Origin: Promethearchaeia archaeon
Lineage (GTDB): Archaea; Asgardarchaeota; Lokiarchaeia; Sigyniarchaeales; SOKP01
Length of the DNA stretch: 64,000 nt
Direction: 5' to 3'
Assembly (NCBI GenBank): GCA_046483985.1
Contig: JAWOCD010000080.1
Location: 28,096-92,095 of the forward strand
In this document: positions 39,118-50,879 of the stretch, piece after piece
Layout of the letters: each line of letters starts with the position of its first letter
How positions within the stretch are numbered: the first letter of the stretch is position 1
The notes under the pieces: model-generated
Told to the model about the DNA's origin: nothing
Seen by the model: only the letters and a program-made list of their open reading frames with translations
Databases searched by the model: none
Made by a program: the position numbers and the translations under genes

Positions 39118-40926
39118 CTATTTAGGAATATAGTAGTATTCATTAATTTGTTTTTGATAACTATCTTTATTACTTCCTAATTTGTTTACTCTTGGTCTTT
39201 TGGTAGTCGGATCTCTGCGAAACGTGATTCCCATCATCTTTAAAAATAAATTAAATCCATCTCTTAAATCCAAAGGAGCTAATGCTTTCCCTTTTACACC
39301 TGGAGTCCCTTTAAAAACTTGAATAGAATCTGCAACAAAATCCACAGTAACAATATCATGTTCAACAACAAACGCCGCTTTTTTTAATTCTTCTATTGAT
39401 TTTCTAATTAATTGAGCAACTTTTAGTCTCATTTCTACATCCAAAAAAGCTGAAGGTTCATCTAACAGATATAAATCTGCATCATTAGATAAGCACATTG
39501 CAATTGCCGACCTCTGTAATTCTCCTCCGCTTAATTCGGAAACTTTTCTATCTTTTATTATATCTAAATCTAAATTTTCAATTATTCTTCTCTTATATGA
39601 TTGTGTCAAATGATTAGATATCTTTATTTTCCGGATTAATTTAGAAATTAATAAATCCTCATCTAAATCTATATACTGGGGCTTAATTGATACACTTAAA
39701 TCTTTTTCCCTTTCTACTACATTTTCTTGTTGATTTCTTATTTCTTCTGCAAGTGTATTAATGAAAGTTGACTTTCCAATACCATTTGGTCCTAATATTC
39801 CAATAATTTCTCCTTTATGTATTTCACTTGCATTTATTTTTAATTTAAAATTTCCAAGTTGTTTTTCCATATTATCGTAAGTAAATAACACATTAGAAGT
39901 TTGAAAGATGGATTCTTGAGGAGGCCTTTCGTGAAAAACAATAGGTTCCTCTCTGATTCTTAGATTTTCATCTTTGATATATCCATTTAAATATATATTA
40001 ATTCCTACTCGGACCCCTTGAGGATGAGATAAAATACCATAAACCCCTGGTTTTCCATAAAATAAAGTTATATAGTCACTTAGATAATCTAAAATAGCTA
40101 AATCATGCTCAACAACAATAACAGTTTTATTCATCTCCGTTAATGAACGAATTAATTTGGCCATATTGATTCGTTCGCTAACATCTAAATAAGAACTAGG
40201 TTCATCAATTAAATAAACGTCTCCATCTTTTAAATAGGCTGCAGCTATTGCCACTCTTTGTAATTCACCTCCAGATAATACCGATACCTTTCGGTCTAAG
40301 ATCTCAGTTAAATTTAGTCTCTCTGCAATAGAATTTAATTGGTCTTTCTCGTCATTTTCACCTAATAATTCGGAAACTTTTCCCGATATAATTTTTGGGA
40401 TATAGGTAATATTTTGAGGCTTATGAATTATTTTTAATTTTTCTTCCTTTAATTGTGTAAAGTATTGTTGTAACTCTGAACCTTTAAAATGGTTAATTAT
40501 ATCCTCCCAGTTTGGTTCATTTTCGTCAAATTTTCCAAAATTAATCATTAATTCTCCTGAGAGTATTTTCAGCATGGTACTCTTTCCAATCCCATTTCTT
40601 CCAATTAAACCGAGGACTTTACCTTTTTTAGGAATTGCCATGCGAAATAGTGAGAATTGATCTGGACCATAACGATAAGTAATTTCTTTTTCTAAAGGAT
40701 CTGGTAAATTTATTATGTGTATTGCATTAAAGGGACACTTTTTTACACATATTCCACACCCAGAACAGAGATTTTCCCTAATTTCTGCTTTATTTGTTTC
40801 TTCATTAAGTATTATTGTTTTATCACCCGTTCGAACCCTAGGGCAATATTTTATACAGGGTTTTTCTCCAAAAGGGCTACATTTGTCTGGTTTACACAGT
40901 TCCTTGTCTAAAACAGCAATTCTCAT
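39118..40926 (-). CDS. rli: Ribosome recycling ATPase ABCE1/RLI
   Basis: MRIAVLD, two Fe-S motifs, two ABC domains (LSGGELQR) and FRRD...RPRVNK; start moved to ATG 40926. Confidence 0.95.
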   Translation of the reverse strand: MRIAVLDKELCKPDKCSPFGEKPCIKYCPRVRTGDKTIILNEETNKAEIRENLCSGCGICVKKCPFNAIHIINLPDPLEKEITYRYGPDQFSLFRMAIPKKGKVLGLIGRNGIGKSTMLKILSGELMINFGKFDENEPNWEDIINHFKGSELQQYFTQLKEEKLKIIHKPQNITYIPKIISGKVSELLGENDEKDQLNSIAERLNLTEILDRKVSVLSGGELQRVAIAAAYLKDGDVYLIDEPSSYLDVSERINMAKLIRSLTEMNKTVIVVEHDLAILDYLSDYITLFYGKPGVYGILSHPQGVRVGINIYLNGYIKDENLRIREEPIVFHERPPQESIFQTSNVLFTYDNMEKQLGNFKLKINASEIHKGEIIGILGPNGIGKSTFINTLAEEIRNQQENVVEREKDLSVSIKPQYIDLDEDLLISKLIRKIKISNHLTQSYKRRIIENLDLDIIKDRKVSELSGGELQRSAIAMCLSNDADLYLLDEPSAFLDVEMRLKVAQLIRKSIEELKKAAFVVEHDIVTVDFVADSIQVFKGTPGVKGKALAPLDLRDGFNLFLKMMGITFRRDPTTKRPRVNKLGSNKDSYQKQINEYYYIPK

Positions 40927-41013
40927 CAATCTTTCACTAATATTTAAAATCAAAAATGATAAAAAAATATAATCATTTAATTTAATCAAAGTATGAATGA
41001 GAAGTGAAAAAAA

Positions 41014-42726
41014 TTGACTAATAGTTATCCGGTTCATTTTTTACAAGAAATTGCGAATAAAATTGCCAAAAGAAATGTATCAAATATTACCTTGGCTACG
41101 GGAAAAACTCCATCTGGACATATACATGTGGGAATATTAAGGGAAATTATAATCTGTGATGCTTTAAGAAGAGTTTTCGAATCCAGAGACAAAAATGTAA
41201 AATCTATTTTATTTCTCGATAGTTTTGATGCAGCAAAGCGGTTTCCTGATTATATCGATGAAGACTTTCAGAAAAAACATAGAGGAAAACCATTTGCCCT
41301 AATTCCTTGTCCTTTTAATGATTGTAAATGTAAAAGTTATGCTAAACATTTTGGAAATGAACTCATTTCCACATTTGATGATTTTGGAATAGAAACAGAC
41401 ATAATTTGGACCCATGGGTTATATCAGGAAAAAAGAATGCAGAAAAAAATAAAAATTGCCCTTCAAAATACGGAAATTATAAAAAAAATTCTTCGAAAAT
41501 ACATCTTGCCCACGTTAGAGGAAAAAAGGAAAGAAGAGTTCTTAAGAATGCAAAAAGATTGGATGCCCGCAATGGTTGTCTGTGAAAAATGTAATAAAAT
41601 ACAAACACGTCTTGAAGACGGATCGATTAGTCCAAATAGGGTAAAAAAATTCAACAAGGAGAAGGAAACAGTAAATTATACGTGTCCTGCATGCGGACAT
41701 GAAGGGGAAATTTCTATTTTTAGTGGGAATATAAAGTTAAATTGGAGAATAGATTGGCCAGCGAAATGGGCTCTTTTTAAAACTACATGTGAACCAGCGG
41801 GTAAGGATCATTGTGTAAAGGGGGGAGCTTATGATAGTGGACTTGAATTATGTAAGCAACTATACAATTACGAGGGTCCGATCAAAGTTCCTTATGAATG
41901 GGTAAGACTAGGAGAAAGAGATATGAAAACTTCAAAGGGGATTACTTTTACTCCTCAAAATTATTTAGAATTAGCAGATCCTGAATTATTCAGGATGCTT
42001 ATTCTTCGGACGAATCCTATGAAACATATATCCTTTAGAATTGAGGAGATACCTCAATATTATGATTCTTTAGAAAAGATGGAGGATATTTATTATGATC
42101 TTCAAGAAGATAAGGATAAGGGAGAAAAGGAATTAATAGAATTTTTATATCCCAAGATAAAAATTGGAAACGTACCCGAAGATAAGCCAGAGAGATTATC
42201 CATAAAATTATTAGTCTTTTTTGCCCAGATTCAAAATATTTTAAGTTTTGAGAAAATATATTCTAAAGCCAAGGAAATAATGGAAAAAAAGGATTTTAAA
42301 ACCATAATATCTAAGGAAGACCTTAAATCAATTCTTGAAAGATCTGAAAATTGGGTAAATTATATAAAAAAAATGATAGCTCAAGAAGAAGATCCACATT
42401 TTAAAAGGAAAATTACTAAAAAAATTCCACTTTTTGAGATCCCCAAAAAGATAGATCAAAAAATCGTTCAACAACTCAGTGAACACCAGAAAAGAGGAAT
42501 AAATATGTTAAGAGAATTTTTAAGCGATAATGAAGAATTAGACAAGGAGAAGATTCAAAATAAAATTTTTACGATTGCCAAGGAAGATTTAAAAATAAAA
42601 CCAGGTAAAATGTTTCAGGCAATATATAAAATGATACTGGGGAAAAAATATGGTCCTCGATTGGGTCCCTTTTTAGAACAATTAGATAAAGAATGGGTTA
42701 TTAAAAGACTTAGTTTTGATGAATGA
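41014..42726 (+). CDS. lysS: Lysyl-tRNA synthetase class I
   Basis: PSGHIHVG, WRIDWPAKW, GKDH, MKTSKG and GPRLG motifs. Confidence 0.95.
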   Translation: MTNSYPVHFLQEIANKIAKRNVSNITLATGKTPSGHIHVGILREIIICDALRRVFESRDKNVKSILFLDSFDAAKRFPDYIDEDFQKKHRGKPFALIPCPFNDCKCKSYAKHFGNELISTFDDFGIETDIIWTHGLYQEKRMQKKIKIALQNTEIIKKILRKYILPTLEEKRKEEFLRMQKDWMPAMVVCEKCNKIQTRLEDGSISPNRVKKFNKEKETVNYTCPACGHEGEISIFSGNIKLNWRIDWPAKWALFKTTCEPAGKDHCVKGGAYDSGLELCKQLYNYEGPIKVPYEWVRLGERDMKTSKGITFTPQNYLELADPELFRMLILRTNPMKHISFRIEEIPQYYDSLEKMEDIYYDLQEDKDKGEKELIEFLYPKIKIGNVPEDKPERLSIKLLVFFAQIQNILSFEKIYSKAKEIMEKKDFKTIISKEDLKSILERSENWVNYIKKMIAQEEDPHFKRKITKKIPLFEIPKKIDQKIVQQLSEHQKRGINMLREFLSDNEELDKEKIQNKIFTIAKEDLKIKPGKMFQAIYKMILGKKYGPRLGPFLEQLDKEWVIKRLSFDE

Positions 42727-42742
42727 AATAGAAAATTAAGTT

Positions 42743-42934
42743 TTATTTTTTCCAAAATTTCAGTTTTTGAAAGAAACTTTTTTCTTCCTTTTCCTTTTTT
42801 TTAATCTTTTCATAACATTCTTTACACCATTTTCCCTGGGTTTCGTCCATCATTTTTCCACACTTCGCACAATGTTTATGAGGATAAATATATGGTTCTT
42901 CTTTCTTTTTTCTATATTTTCCATAATTTCTCAT
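42743..42934 (-). CDS. Small zinc-ribbon protein (DUF2116-like)
   Basis: PHKHCAKCG...CKEC. Confidence 0.65.
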   Translation of the reverse strand: MRNYGKYRKKKEEPYIYPHKHCAKCGKMMDETQGKWCKECYEKIKKKEKEEKSFFQKLKFWKK

Positions 42935-42949
42935 TTAACTCACCCGATG

Positions 42950-44224
42950 CTAATTGGTTTTTAAATCTTTCACGCCTTTCTTATCTATTTTTATTCCGAA
43001 AAATTTGGCATTATTTAGTTTTTCCATAATATCAATAGGATATTTTGGAAATTTTGACTTGAATAAATTTTCATTGCTAATTATTTTTTGCAATCGATTT
43101 TTCCAATATTCTTTAACTTCATTTACTGATGAGGGTTCCGTCAATGCAAAAACACTCCCACCGCCCCCAGCCCCCGTCAATTTTGCCGCGTATACTTTCG
43201 GATGCTCTTCAATTATTTTGATTAAAATATTATTCGCAAGACCTATTCCAAATTTAAATCCAACATGATCCATTACATTATTCATAATTCTTGTATTATC
43301 TCTGAAGAAGGTTCCTAAGGTTTTCCAATCCTTTTGCATTAATACGAATCTCGATTTCCAAGATAATTCCGCTAATTTCTTGTAATTTTCTTTTAAAACG
43401 CTATCTCCGCTTAAATAAACGCTTCTCAATTTTTTATGAACCCCTCCACTTTCATGAATAACTCCAGAATAGCATATCACAATTGGAAGTTTTTCAATAT
43501 TATATAAATCATCAATTTTATCATAAACTGCTAGAGGTTCTTTGCCAATATTTTTATGGTGGAGTTTTCCATAATATGAACAAAAACTTAATCCTCCACG
43601 GCAAATAACATATCTATCTCCATATCCAGCAGTTATACCAAGATCTTGATCCTCAACTTTTGTGGCTAGTTCTGCTAAAATATCTCTATTTAAGGGGTAT
43701 TCTCCCTCTTTAATTGAAGATAAATTATTCAGTATATCGAAGTATTTACATAATCCGAACATCAAAGCGATAATAATGGATGCACTTCCCCCTAATCCAC
43801 TTTGACGAGGGATTGTGGTTATAACTCCAATCTCTAGGTTGGTATTTTTAAATCTTTCCCAAAATAAGGAATTGGTCTTAGCTAACCGGTATATACTTGC
43901 AAATACTAATTTAAATTCACTTGAAAACTTATCCTTAAAATCTGATAACTTCTTTAAAGGTATTTTCTTCTCATTTTTGAGTGTGATCTTTTCCTCATTA
44001 ATACCTTTAAGATCATATATCTTAATTTTACTTACTTCATCAATTTTTTTAAGGTAAACAAAAACCGACAACGGGTTATTCATACCATTTATTGCGACAG
44101 AGGGCATCCAATAATCTCCTTCCACAGCATCTAAAGGGTTTATTAAGTTTATTCGAGAAGGAGATTGAACAATAACATCGGGATTTTTTGACTTGATAAA
44201 TCTTAATATGGTGGATTTAATCAA
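42950..44224 (-). CDS. GHMP-family (sugar) kinase
   Basis: PSRI, PRQSGLGGSAS and KLTGAGGGG motifs. Confidence 0.85.
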   Translation of the reverse strand: MIKSTILRFIKSKNPDVIVQSPSRINLINPLDAVEGDYWMPSVAINGMNNPLSVFVYLKKIDEVSKIKIYDLKGINEEKITLKNEKKIPLKKLSDFKDKFSSEFKLVFASIYRLAKTNSLFWERFKNTNLEIGVITTIPRQSGLGGSASIIIALMFGLCKYFDILNNLSSIKEGEYPLNRDILAELATKVEDQDLGITAGYGDRYVICRGGLSFCSYYGKLHHKNIGKEPLAVYDKIDDLYNIEKLPIVICYSGVIHESGGVHKKLRSVYLSGDSVLKENYKKLAELSWKSRFVLMQKDWKTLGTFFRDNTRIMNNVMDHVGFKFGIGLANNILIKIIEEHPKVYAAKLTGAGGGGSVFALTEPSSVNEVKEYWKNRLQKIISNENLFKSKFPKYPIDIMEKLNNAKFFGIKIDKKGVKDLKTN

Positions 44225-44284
44225 AATTAATAATGACCTTCATAATAATGTGTATTTTAAAAATGTATATCGATAAAATTTTCT

Positions 44285-44893
44285 ATGATAAATCAATTTA
44301 ATAATAAAAATGATAAAAAATTTTACATCATTCTTCTTTTCATAATAATTATTATCTTGCCTCCTTTTTTTTTCTTTAAAGATTCATTATTTGTAATTAC
44401 TTCTCCTTCTATGGCACCTACATTAAATGTTGGAGATTTAGTCTTTAAGGGACAAATATCCCCGGAAAAAATCCAGGTAGGAGAAAAGAATGGAGACATT
44501 TTAATTTTAAGAGGTCCAGAATATTTTTATCAGAAAGGATTTGATCCGATTTTTTGGAATAATTTAACGGAAACCTCGATCATCCACAGAGCTATAGAGA
44601 AGGAAAAGATTAATAATACCTGGTATTTTATAACTAAAGGAGATAATAATCTTATTCCTGATGGGGCTTATAAATTTCTTAATAAATCAGCCAATTACAT
44701 GTTAATTGAATATAATAGATCAAACATAATTAAAGTTCCAGCCTCAGAAGTTTTGGGTAAAGTCCTTTTTACTGTGCCTCTGATTGGTTATTTAAATATA
44801 TTTTTCCCAGTTATTTCAGTCTTTATTCTCCTAGTTTTATTCTTTATTCTACTGCTAAAAAAATTTGGATATAAACTTGAAAAAATAAGTTAG
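44285..44893 (+). CDS. Signal peptidase I (Sec11-type)
   Basis: SPSMAPTLNVGD, IIHR and TKGDNN motifs. Confidence 0.9.
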   Translation: MINQFNNKNDKKFYIILLFIIIIILPPFFFFKDSLFVITSPSMAPTLNVGDLVFKGQISPEKIQVGEKNGDILILRGPEYFYQKGFDPIFWNNLTETSIIHRAIEKEKINNTWYFITKGDNNLIPDGAYKFLNKSANYMLIEYNRSNIIKVPASEVLGKVLFTVPLIGYLNIFFPVISVFILLVLFFILLLKKFGYKLEKIS

Positions 44894-44914
44894 AAAAGGG
44901 AGGGATAAAGAAAT

Positions 44915-46036
44915 TTGGAAAAAGGAAAGTTTAGATTGTTCTCTTATATTCTTGAAGATAATTTAATCTTTTACAGGAGTAGCAATAGATCCGCAAAAAT
45001 TGTCGCATTTTCCGTAGTTAAAATAAATGATAGAAAAATTCCAATTAAAACGCTAAATAAGTTTTTAAAAAAGTCACTCATTAGCTATTATTCTATTCAA
45101 ATAAGTATATTACCAGAAGGTTACTCTTGGTATATTATAATTAATTTTGAAGATAAAAAGAAAGAAAATATCTTGAAATTCTTTAGCATCGTGGTTCATG
45201 GTTTAAAAAATTTGAAAATTAATATCACATTTCTAAAAAGTGAAAAACTTGAATCTATTTTTTTATTAAATGAATTTAAAGAGATCGAAATTAAAAAAAC
45301 TACAATTAAACAAACTAACTCCTTAGTTGTAAAAAGTAGACAAAAACGTTTAATTTATGATTTTTATGAAATAGACTTAAATAAAATAAACACAGATATT
45401 AACTTAACCTCAACTTTGAGAATTTTGCTTAAGGATCTAAATTTTTTTGGCTTTTTAATCTTTAATTTTCAATTAGATACAGAAAGTGAAGTGATATTTA
45501 ATTCCTACTTTATTAATTATAATAAACAAGGCCCAAACCAAGTAGATTTATGTAAAAATGTGAATTCATTTTATAGGACACCACTAATTCGAAAGAAAAT
45601 ACTGAAATTAAATAACCTTTTTATCTTTATTTGGAGACTACCTATATCAGATTTAAGATTCAATTATAAAATGAGAATCTCTCTTTTTAAAGGGAGTATT
45701 ACTGATAATTCTAATAAAGATATATCCTTTTATATAACCCAATTAAAAAATCAATTAAAACATAAAACAATAAAATTTAAACAACTAAAAACTAATTTCT
45801 TATTAATTAATGAAAATATCTTATTTGTTCTTTTTAAGTCCGTTGATTATAACTCAGTATTAGAGATATTTAAAAAATATTATTGCTCAGACTACTATAT
45901 AATTCTTGTCATAATTAATAAAAAGGATTACAAGAAAATGATATCCATAGATATATTTAATCTTCTCAGAAATCTACAGATATTAAAAGTCGATGATTTA
46001 TTTAAAGAAGGATTAAAAAATATAAATATTAATTAG
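44915..46036 (+). CDS. Hypothetical protein (very AT-rich)
   Basis: 373-aa ORF with AG-rich upstream sequence. Confidence 0.5.
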   Translation: MEKGKFRLFSYILEDNLIFYRSSNRSAKIVAFSVVKINDRKIPIKTLNKFLKKSLISYYSIQISILPEGYSWYIIINFEDKKKENILKFFSIVVHGLKNLKINITFLKSEKLESIFLLNEFKEIEIKKTTIKQTNSLVVKSRQKRLIYDFYEIDLNKINTDINLTSTLRILLKDLNFFGFLIFNFQLDTESEVIFNSYFINYNKQGPNQVDLCKNVNSFYRTPLIRKKILKLNNLFIFIWRLPISDLRFNYKMRISLFKGSITDNSNKDISFYITQLKNQLKHKTIKFKQLKTNFLLINENILFVLFKSVDYNSVLEIFKKYYCSDYYIILVIINKKDYKKMISIDIFNLLRNLQILKVDDLFKEGLKNININ

Positions 46037-46296
46037 AAAATGCCTAAGTCAATTGCTATCTCTGCCGCAGAGTAATCGGGATGTAGCTTTATATATGCTT
46101 TTTTCTCTCCTTTAGGAGTTATTAATGTGTTTACCTTAATTACTTTTACATCATGAATATTCTCAACAGCTTTCTTTATTTGACTCTTATTAGAATCAAT
46201 ATCAACTAAAAAGACTAATTTATTCTCAAATTCGATTAAATCAAAGGTTTTTTCGGTAATTAAAGGTTCTTTGATAATCTTATAATAATTTTCCAT
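46033..46296 (-). CDS. rpl23: 50S ribosomal protein uL23
   Basis: PLITEK, IKKAVE, VNTL and KKAYIKL motifs. Confidence 0.95.
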   Translation of the reverse strand: MENYYKIIKEPLITEKTFDLIEFENKLVFLVDIDSNKSQIKKAVENIHDVKVIKVNTLITPKGEKKAYIKLHPDYSAAEIAIDLGIF

Positions 46297-46297
46297 T

Positions 46298-47101
46298 TTA
46301 AATCAACTCTTTATCATATTTTTCTAATTCTTTAAATGCAGAGGAGCTCCATACAATAAGGCGTCCTGGTTTTCCACCTGGAGCCAACATTCCAATAGAA
46401 ATGTTTTTTAACTTTATTATGTCCACACCGGGGATATTTCGAGCTGCTCTTACTATTCCAAAATTCTCTTTTATAACAATCAATATACTTTTTTTTCTTT
46501 TATATTTACGTCCTCTTCTTTTTCCCTTCCCAGCTCTAATTTTCTTTTTTGCCCTTTCTAGGTCTCTTTTTAATCCAAGGTCTATAAGTACAGAATATAA
46601 TTTATTCGTCTTTTTAATAGTTTGTATTTTATCGTCTACTACTAAGGGAATTTCTGGCACATTTTCAATTATATGTCCTCTTTCTTTAATCCAATATTCC
46701 TTTCCAGATGCTGATATAGCGGAAAGGATTGATATGTTTTTTGTTTTTTTATTGATTTTTTTTTCTATTTTTTCATTATTTTTAACGGGATGTGCCCTAC
46801 GACCGCCTACAGCAAATGGAACAGTTCCAACATTTCTAGCGGTAGGAAAACCTGAACCCTTTATTCGAGGGGCTCTTGACATGCCATGCCCAGTTCCCCA
46901 ACCCTCAGCAGTATTCCTTAAGCCAGCTCTTTTATCTCTTCCTTGATTCTGTTTTTTCTTTGATTGTTCTACCTCAAATGACTTTAAAACGATATCTTTT
47001 CTTGGTTTATGAGAGAAAACTCTTGGTACCGTTATTGTTTCTTTTATTTTACCTCCAACGAGACCATACACATTAATGACTTTTTCCATTTTAATTAACA
47101 C
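46298..47101 (-). CDS. rpl4: 50S ribosomal protein uL4
   Basis: [22 protein letters not shown] and [10 protein letters not shown] motifs. Confidence 0.95.
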   Translation of the reverse strand: MLIKMEKVINVYGLVGGKIKETITVPRVFSHKPRKDIVLKSFEVEQSKKKQNQGRDKRAGLRNTAEGWGTGHGMSRAPRIKGSGFPTARNVGTVPFAVGGRRAHPVKNNEKIEKKINKKTKNISILSAISASGKEYWIKERGHIIENVPEIPLVVDDKIQTIKKTNKLYSVLIDLGLKRDLERAKKKIRAGKGKRRGRKYKRKKSILIVIKENFGIVRAARNIPGVDIIKLKNISIGMLAPGGKPGRLIVWSSSAFKELEKYDKELI

Positions 47102-47107
47102 ACTCTA

Positions 47108-48124
47108 TTATTTTCTCTGTTGACTCTCTCGATTTATATAAGTTATTTCTGGTTTATTTAATTCAAATGACTTATTCGGCCTTATAGTTTTTCTTAATCT
47201 AATCAACCTTTTTTTAGGACCAGGCACTGACCCTAAAATAAGAATATAATTACCTCGGATTTTACCATAATTAAGAAACCCTCCTTTTGGGTTTATTTCT
47301 TCGACATTTTCGCCTATTTTCATAATCCTTTTATGTAATTCTGTTCTCTGATGGAATCCTAATTGTCCGGGTCTGGGAACTGTAGATCTAACTCTAGCTG
47401 GATGCCATGGACCTATACAAGCAACTGCACGCCTTATCTTATTGTTCTTTCTAGTTAATATTTTTATTCCAAATCTTTTAACTGGTCCTTGAAAGCCTTT
47501 TCCCTTTGTAACTCCAATCACATCTATTAATTCCCCTTCTCTAAATATTTCCCTGATATTAATTTCCTTTCCCAAATTCTCAAAAGCAGAATTAAAATTT
47601 TCTAAGGGATCTTTTGTGCTATTTAGTTTTATTTCAATTATATCTGGTTTTTTTCTGGATAAATTCGTATTGTAAGGTTGAGTTTGAAATATCCCATAGA
47701 TCTCAGAGGTATCTTCGATTGATTTTTCTAATTCTTCTTTCTTTTTGCTAAGATTGACCTCTTTTTTTGGAAGACAAATTTTTCTGGATAAATTATCATT
47801 AAGTTTATCATTCAATAATTCTCCGGCTACGAATTTACCGTATTCGTCAGTATTATATATTCTTACTCCAATTGACAAAAGAGGGGGTACCTCTAATACC
47901 GTCACTGGTTTCATCAATTCTTTTCCAAAATAGGGGCTGTTTTTCTGATCCTCAATATAAGTAATATGGGTCATTCCAACCTTAAAACCAGCAAATCCTA
48001 AATATGTTGCATCGTAGGGGTCGCTTAACCAATTTCTTACTTTCCCCTTTATTTGCTTGGCTCTCTTCCTCGGTAAATAAGCTAGTGAACCGTGTCTCGG
48101 CGCGTGCTTTTTTCTATGTGCCAT
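47108..48124 (-). CDS. rpl3: 50S ribosomal protein uL3
   Basis: PRHGSL, GFKVGMTH, TKGKGFQG and GPWHP motifs. Confidence 0.97.
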   Translation of the reverse strand: MAHRKKHAPRHGSLAYLPRKRAKQIKGKVRNWLSDPYDATYLGFAGFKVGMTHITYIEDQKNSPYFGKELMKPVTVLEVPPLLSIGVRIYNTDEYGKFVAGELLNDKLNDNLSRKICLPKKEVNLSKKKEELEKSIEDTSEIYGIFQTQPYNTNLSRKKPDIIEIKLNSTKDPLENFNSAFENLGKEINIREIFREGELIDVIGVTKGKGFQGPVKRFGIKILTRKNNKIRRAVACIGPWHPARVRSTVPRPGQLGFHQRTELHKRIMKIGENVEEINPKGGFLNYGKIRGNYILILGSVPGPKKRLIRLRKTIRPNKSFELNKPEITYINRESQQRK

Positions 48125-48228
48125 AAAAAATCACTTTTTTAAAGAATAAAATTTTCCAAAACTATTAAATTTTATCTATAGAAAGAAAAATGAGGAATTT
48201 AAATGTTTTTTGTTTGAATAAACATTAG

Positions 48229-50424
48229 ATGTATCAATTTAATTACCATATGGGAAGAGTGGAAAAGAGAGAAAGAATTGACGGAGAAATCGAAAATATT
48301 TTAATTATTCCATGTTCAACTTGTAAGGAGAGAAAATTTACTTTCTTTCAAAATGATCAATGTTTACAATGTTTTTTTAAAATTACAGAAGAGAATAGAA
48401 AAAGAGACATTGATTTTATAAAAATTGAAAATTCTCAAATAAGGATTCCTCAACAAAAGATAAAAATTATTTTAAATTTTTTCAAATTTCATGGAAGTAT
48501 AAAAAAATCTCTTGACTATATTTACCATAAGGTTCATGATAAATGTTTTTATCGAAATTTTAAGTGTCAATATTTATGGAACTTTAAAATCAAAATAAAT
48601 AGAGTTTGCAGAGACGAAATTTTTATCCCAACGGATCTTTTTATATTTTTATCAAAGAAACTGGCGGAAATTAAGTCGGAATCGGTATTAGATCACACTT
48701 GTGAAAGATGCCTTTCTGAAATTGCAAATTCAATTCAAGAAATAATAGAAGTTATGGAAAAAACAGATTTAATTAAAGAATTTATCGATTTTAGAAATAG
48801 TCGCAAAGATCTTAAAAATTGGAAAGAAATTAATTTCTATCAATATCTTTTTAAAAAGTATATTAGTTTATCGACTTCCAAAGAGATAACCCGAAAAGAG
48901 ATTTGTTTAAAAGAAAATAAAATTGTTAACTCATATAAAATTGGTCAGTTCGATCTCTTTAATGTTTTTATTTATAACAAACAAGAAGAGAGAGAATATT
49001 TATATGAATCAAAGCTTAATACTGGTTCTCATTCAAAAACAAATTACTTTTTAGAAATTACGGAAAGAATTATCGAAAAAATTGAAATTGAGAACTATTT
49101 TGAGATAATTCCTATTGAACAATTAATCAATCAATATAAAGAAGTGGCTTTTCAAGAAATAACAGATCAATATCATAATATTGCTAATGAATTTAAAGAA
49201 AGGCTCTCTCTCTTCATAGCAATTAAAAAATTAAAATTAACTAAGATTTTCCCCTTACTAATCGATGATTTTATTGAAGAGATATTTTTAGATGCTGAAG
49301 ACCAGGATATATATCTAAATCATCAATCTTATGGTAGATGCAAAACAAAAAAAAAATTAAAGAGGACAGAATTTGAAAGAATAAAAACCCTATTAAGACT
49401 TTATAGTGGAAGAAGAATTGATTATAACAATCCATCTATAAAACATGTCATAAAAAATAGATTTTTCTTTACAAGATTTGCAATTGATATAATTCCCGTT
49501 CATTCGTTGAATTATTCCATGGATATAAGAAAGTTAGATAAAAATATATTAACTATACAAGATTTAATTCAAAACCATACTCTCAATTCTAGAATTTCTG
49601 CTTTTTTATACTATTGTATTTTAAAAAAAAAGAATATATTAGTAACTGGCGAAACTGATACTGGTAAGACGACCTTAATAAATACCTTAGATCTTTTAGC
49701 TCCTAAACATTTCAGAAAGATATATATAGAAAATATCCCAGAATCTTTAGATCAAATGAAATTTGGAAAACATCAATTAAAATATAGAGTTAATTCATTA
49801 GACGAGGAGAATGATAATAAAATCTCTAAAAAAAAATTAATTAAAACGCTACTGCATCGCAGTCCAGATATTATATACTTAGGTGAAATACTAACAAAAG
49901 AAGAAGCAGAAGCGATGTTTCACTGCTTTGCATCTGGGCTAAGGGGTTTTCAAACGATTCATGCAAGGAGTATAGAATCTTTAATTAATAGATTTTTGTT
50001 TCATTTCGGTATTGATAAATTTTGTTTAGAGGATTTAGATCTAATTATTCTGATGAAGAATAAAAATAACAAACGCTTCATCACTGAGATTGCAGAGATT
50101 GAAGATATAGAGTTGAATGATAAAATTAGAATTCGAAAAATATTTCAGTATAATCCCGCCTCTAATGGTTGGATTATTAGTGATCTTTATAATTCAAAAA
50201 TAATACAATCTATTAGAAAATATGAAAACCTTCCAACTTATCTTTTTAAGAAATATATATCTCTTTTTTGTGAAATATTTTCTTTTTTGAAAAAAAAGGA
50301 GAGATTAACAAATTCAACTTTAGTGGATCTTTTTCACAAACTCTCCTTTCATTCTGCTAATGGCGCTGGACACCGATTAAATAAATTACAAGATTTTTGG
50401 CATCAGTGGAAAAAAACCTATTAG
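48229..50424 (+). CDS. Type IV pilus/secretion ATPase (TadA/CpaF/VirB11 family) with Cys-rich N-terminus
   Basis: Walker A GETDTGKTT, LHRSPDIIYLGE and TIHA motifs. Confidence 0.85.
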   Translation: MYQFNYHMGRVEKRERIDGEIENILIIPCSTCKERKFTFFQNDQCLQCFFKITEENRKRDIDFIKIENSQIRIPQQKIKIILNFFKFHGSIKKSLDYIYHKVHDKCFYRNFKCQYLWNFKIKINRVCRDEIFIPTDLFIFLSKKLAEIKSESVLDHTCERCLSEIANSIQEIIEVMEKTDLIKEFIDFRNSRKDLKNWKEINFYQYLFKKYISLSTSKEITRKEICLKENKIVNSYKIGQFDLFNVFIYNKQEEREYLYESKLNTGSHSKTNYFLEITERIIEKIEIENYFEIIPIEQLINQYKEVAFQEITDQYHNIANEFKERLSLFIAIKKLKLTKIFPLLIDDFIEEIFLDAEDQDIYLNHQSYGRCKTKKKLKRTEFERIKTLLRLYSGRRIDYNNPSIKHVIKNRFFFTRFAIDIIPVHSLNYSMDIRKLDKNILTIQDLIQNHTLNSRISAFLYYCILKKKNILVTGETDTGKTTLINTLDLLAPKHFRKIYIENIPESLDQMKFGKHQLKYRVNSLDEENDNKISKKKLIKTLLHRSPDIIYLGEILTKEEAEAMFHCFASGLRGFQTIHARSIESLINRFLFHFGIDKFCLEDLDLIILMKNKNNKRFITEIAEIEDIELNDKIRIRKIFQYNPASNGWIISDLYNSKIIQSIRKYENLPTYLFKKYISLFCEIFSFLKKKERLTNSTLVDLFHKLSFHSANGAGHRLNKLQDFWHQWKKTY

Positions 50425-50444
50425 TTTTTATTAAAAGATAAAAA

Positions 50445-50879
50445 ATGATATTCGTGACTAGCTTATTAGAAAAAACATTAATTGTTGGTTTTGGAACTCT
50501 TATTTTAATTATGATCTTTCCAACAATTAATCAATATGTAAACAATATATATCGATATGATGAAGAACGAACCGATATTGATAAATTTATTAATTTAGTG
50601 GAAATAATAGATGACGGTATAAATCAGATTGAAGAAAAAAATATTAATGTTTTCAATTCATCTATTGAAATCCCTGAAAATTTAAAAATCATAATAAAAC
50701 GAAATCAGATTGTTTATTCCTTGTTGATTAATAATGATTTATGTGAAAGAAAAAAGATTTATAACTCTACTCTTGCTGAGAAGGAATTTTTTTTTGATTT
50801 TTCATTTAAAGGAACTTTAAAGATTAAACTCAAAGAATCAATCATCCAAATTAATATCTCTTCTATTAAATCAACATGA
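50445..50879 (+). CDS. Pilin-like/accessory membrane-anchored protein
   Basis: N-terminal TSLLEKTLIVGF resembles the pilin's TLVEYALIVGF; sits between the ATPase and TadC-like genes. Confidence 0.5.
   Translation: MIFVTSLLEKTLIVGFGTLILIMIFPTINQYVNNIYRYDEERTDIDKFINLVEIIDDGINQIEEKNINVFNSSIEIPENLKIIIKRNQIVYSLLINNDLCERKKIYNSTLAEKEFFFDFSFKGTLKIKLKESIIQINISSIKST

Noticed and set aside
40927-41037. N-terminal extension of ABCE1
   Set aside because: It overlaps the divergent lysS start, and the family begins at MRIAV (40926).
46033-48124. rpl3-rpl4-rpl23 separated from the rest of the S10-like cluster
   Set aside because: Fragmentation of this operon is common in archaea and is not novel by itself.
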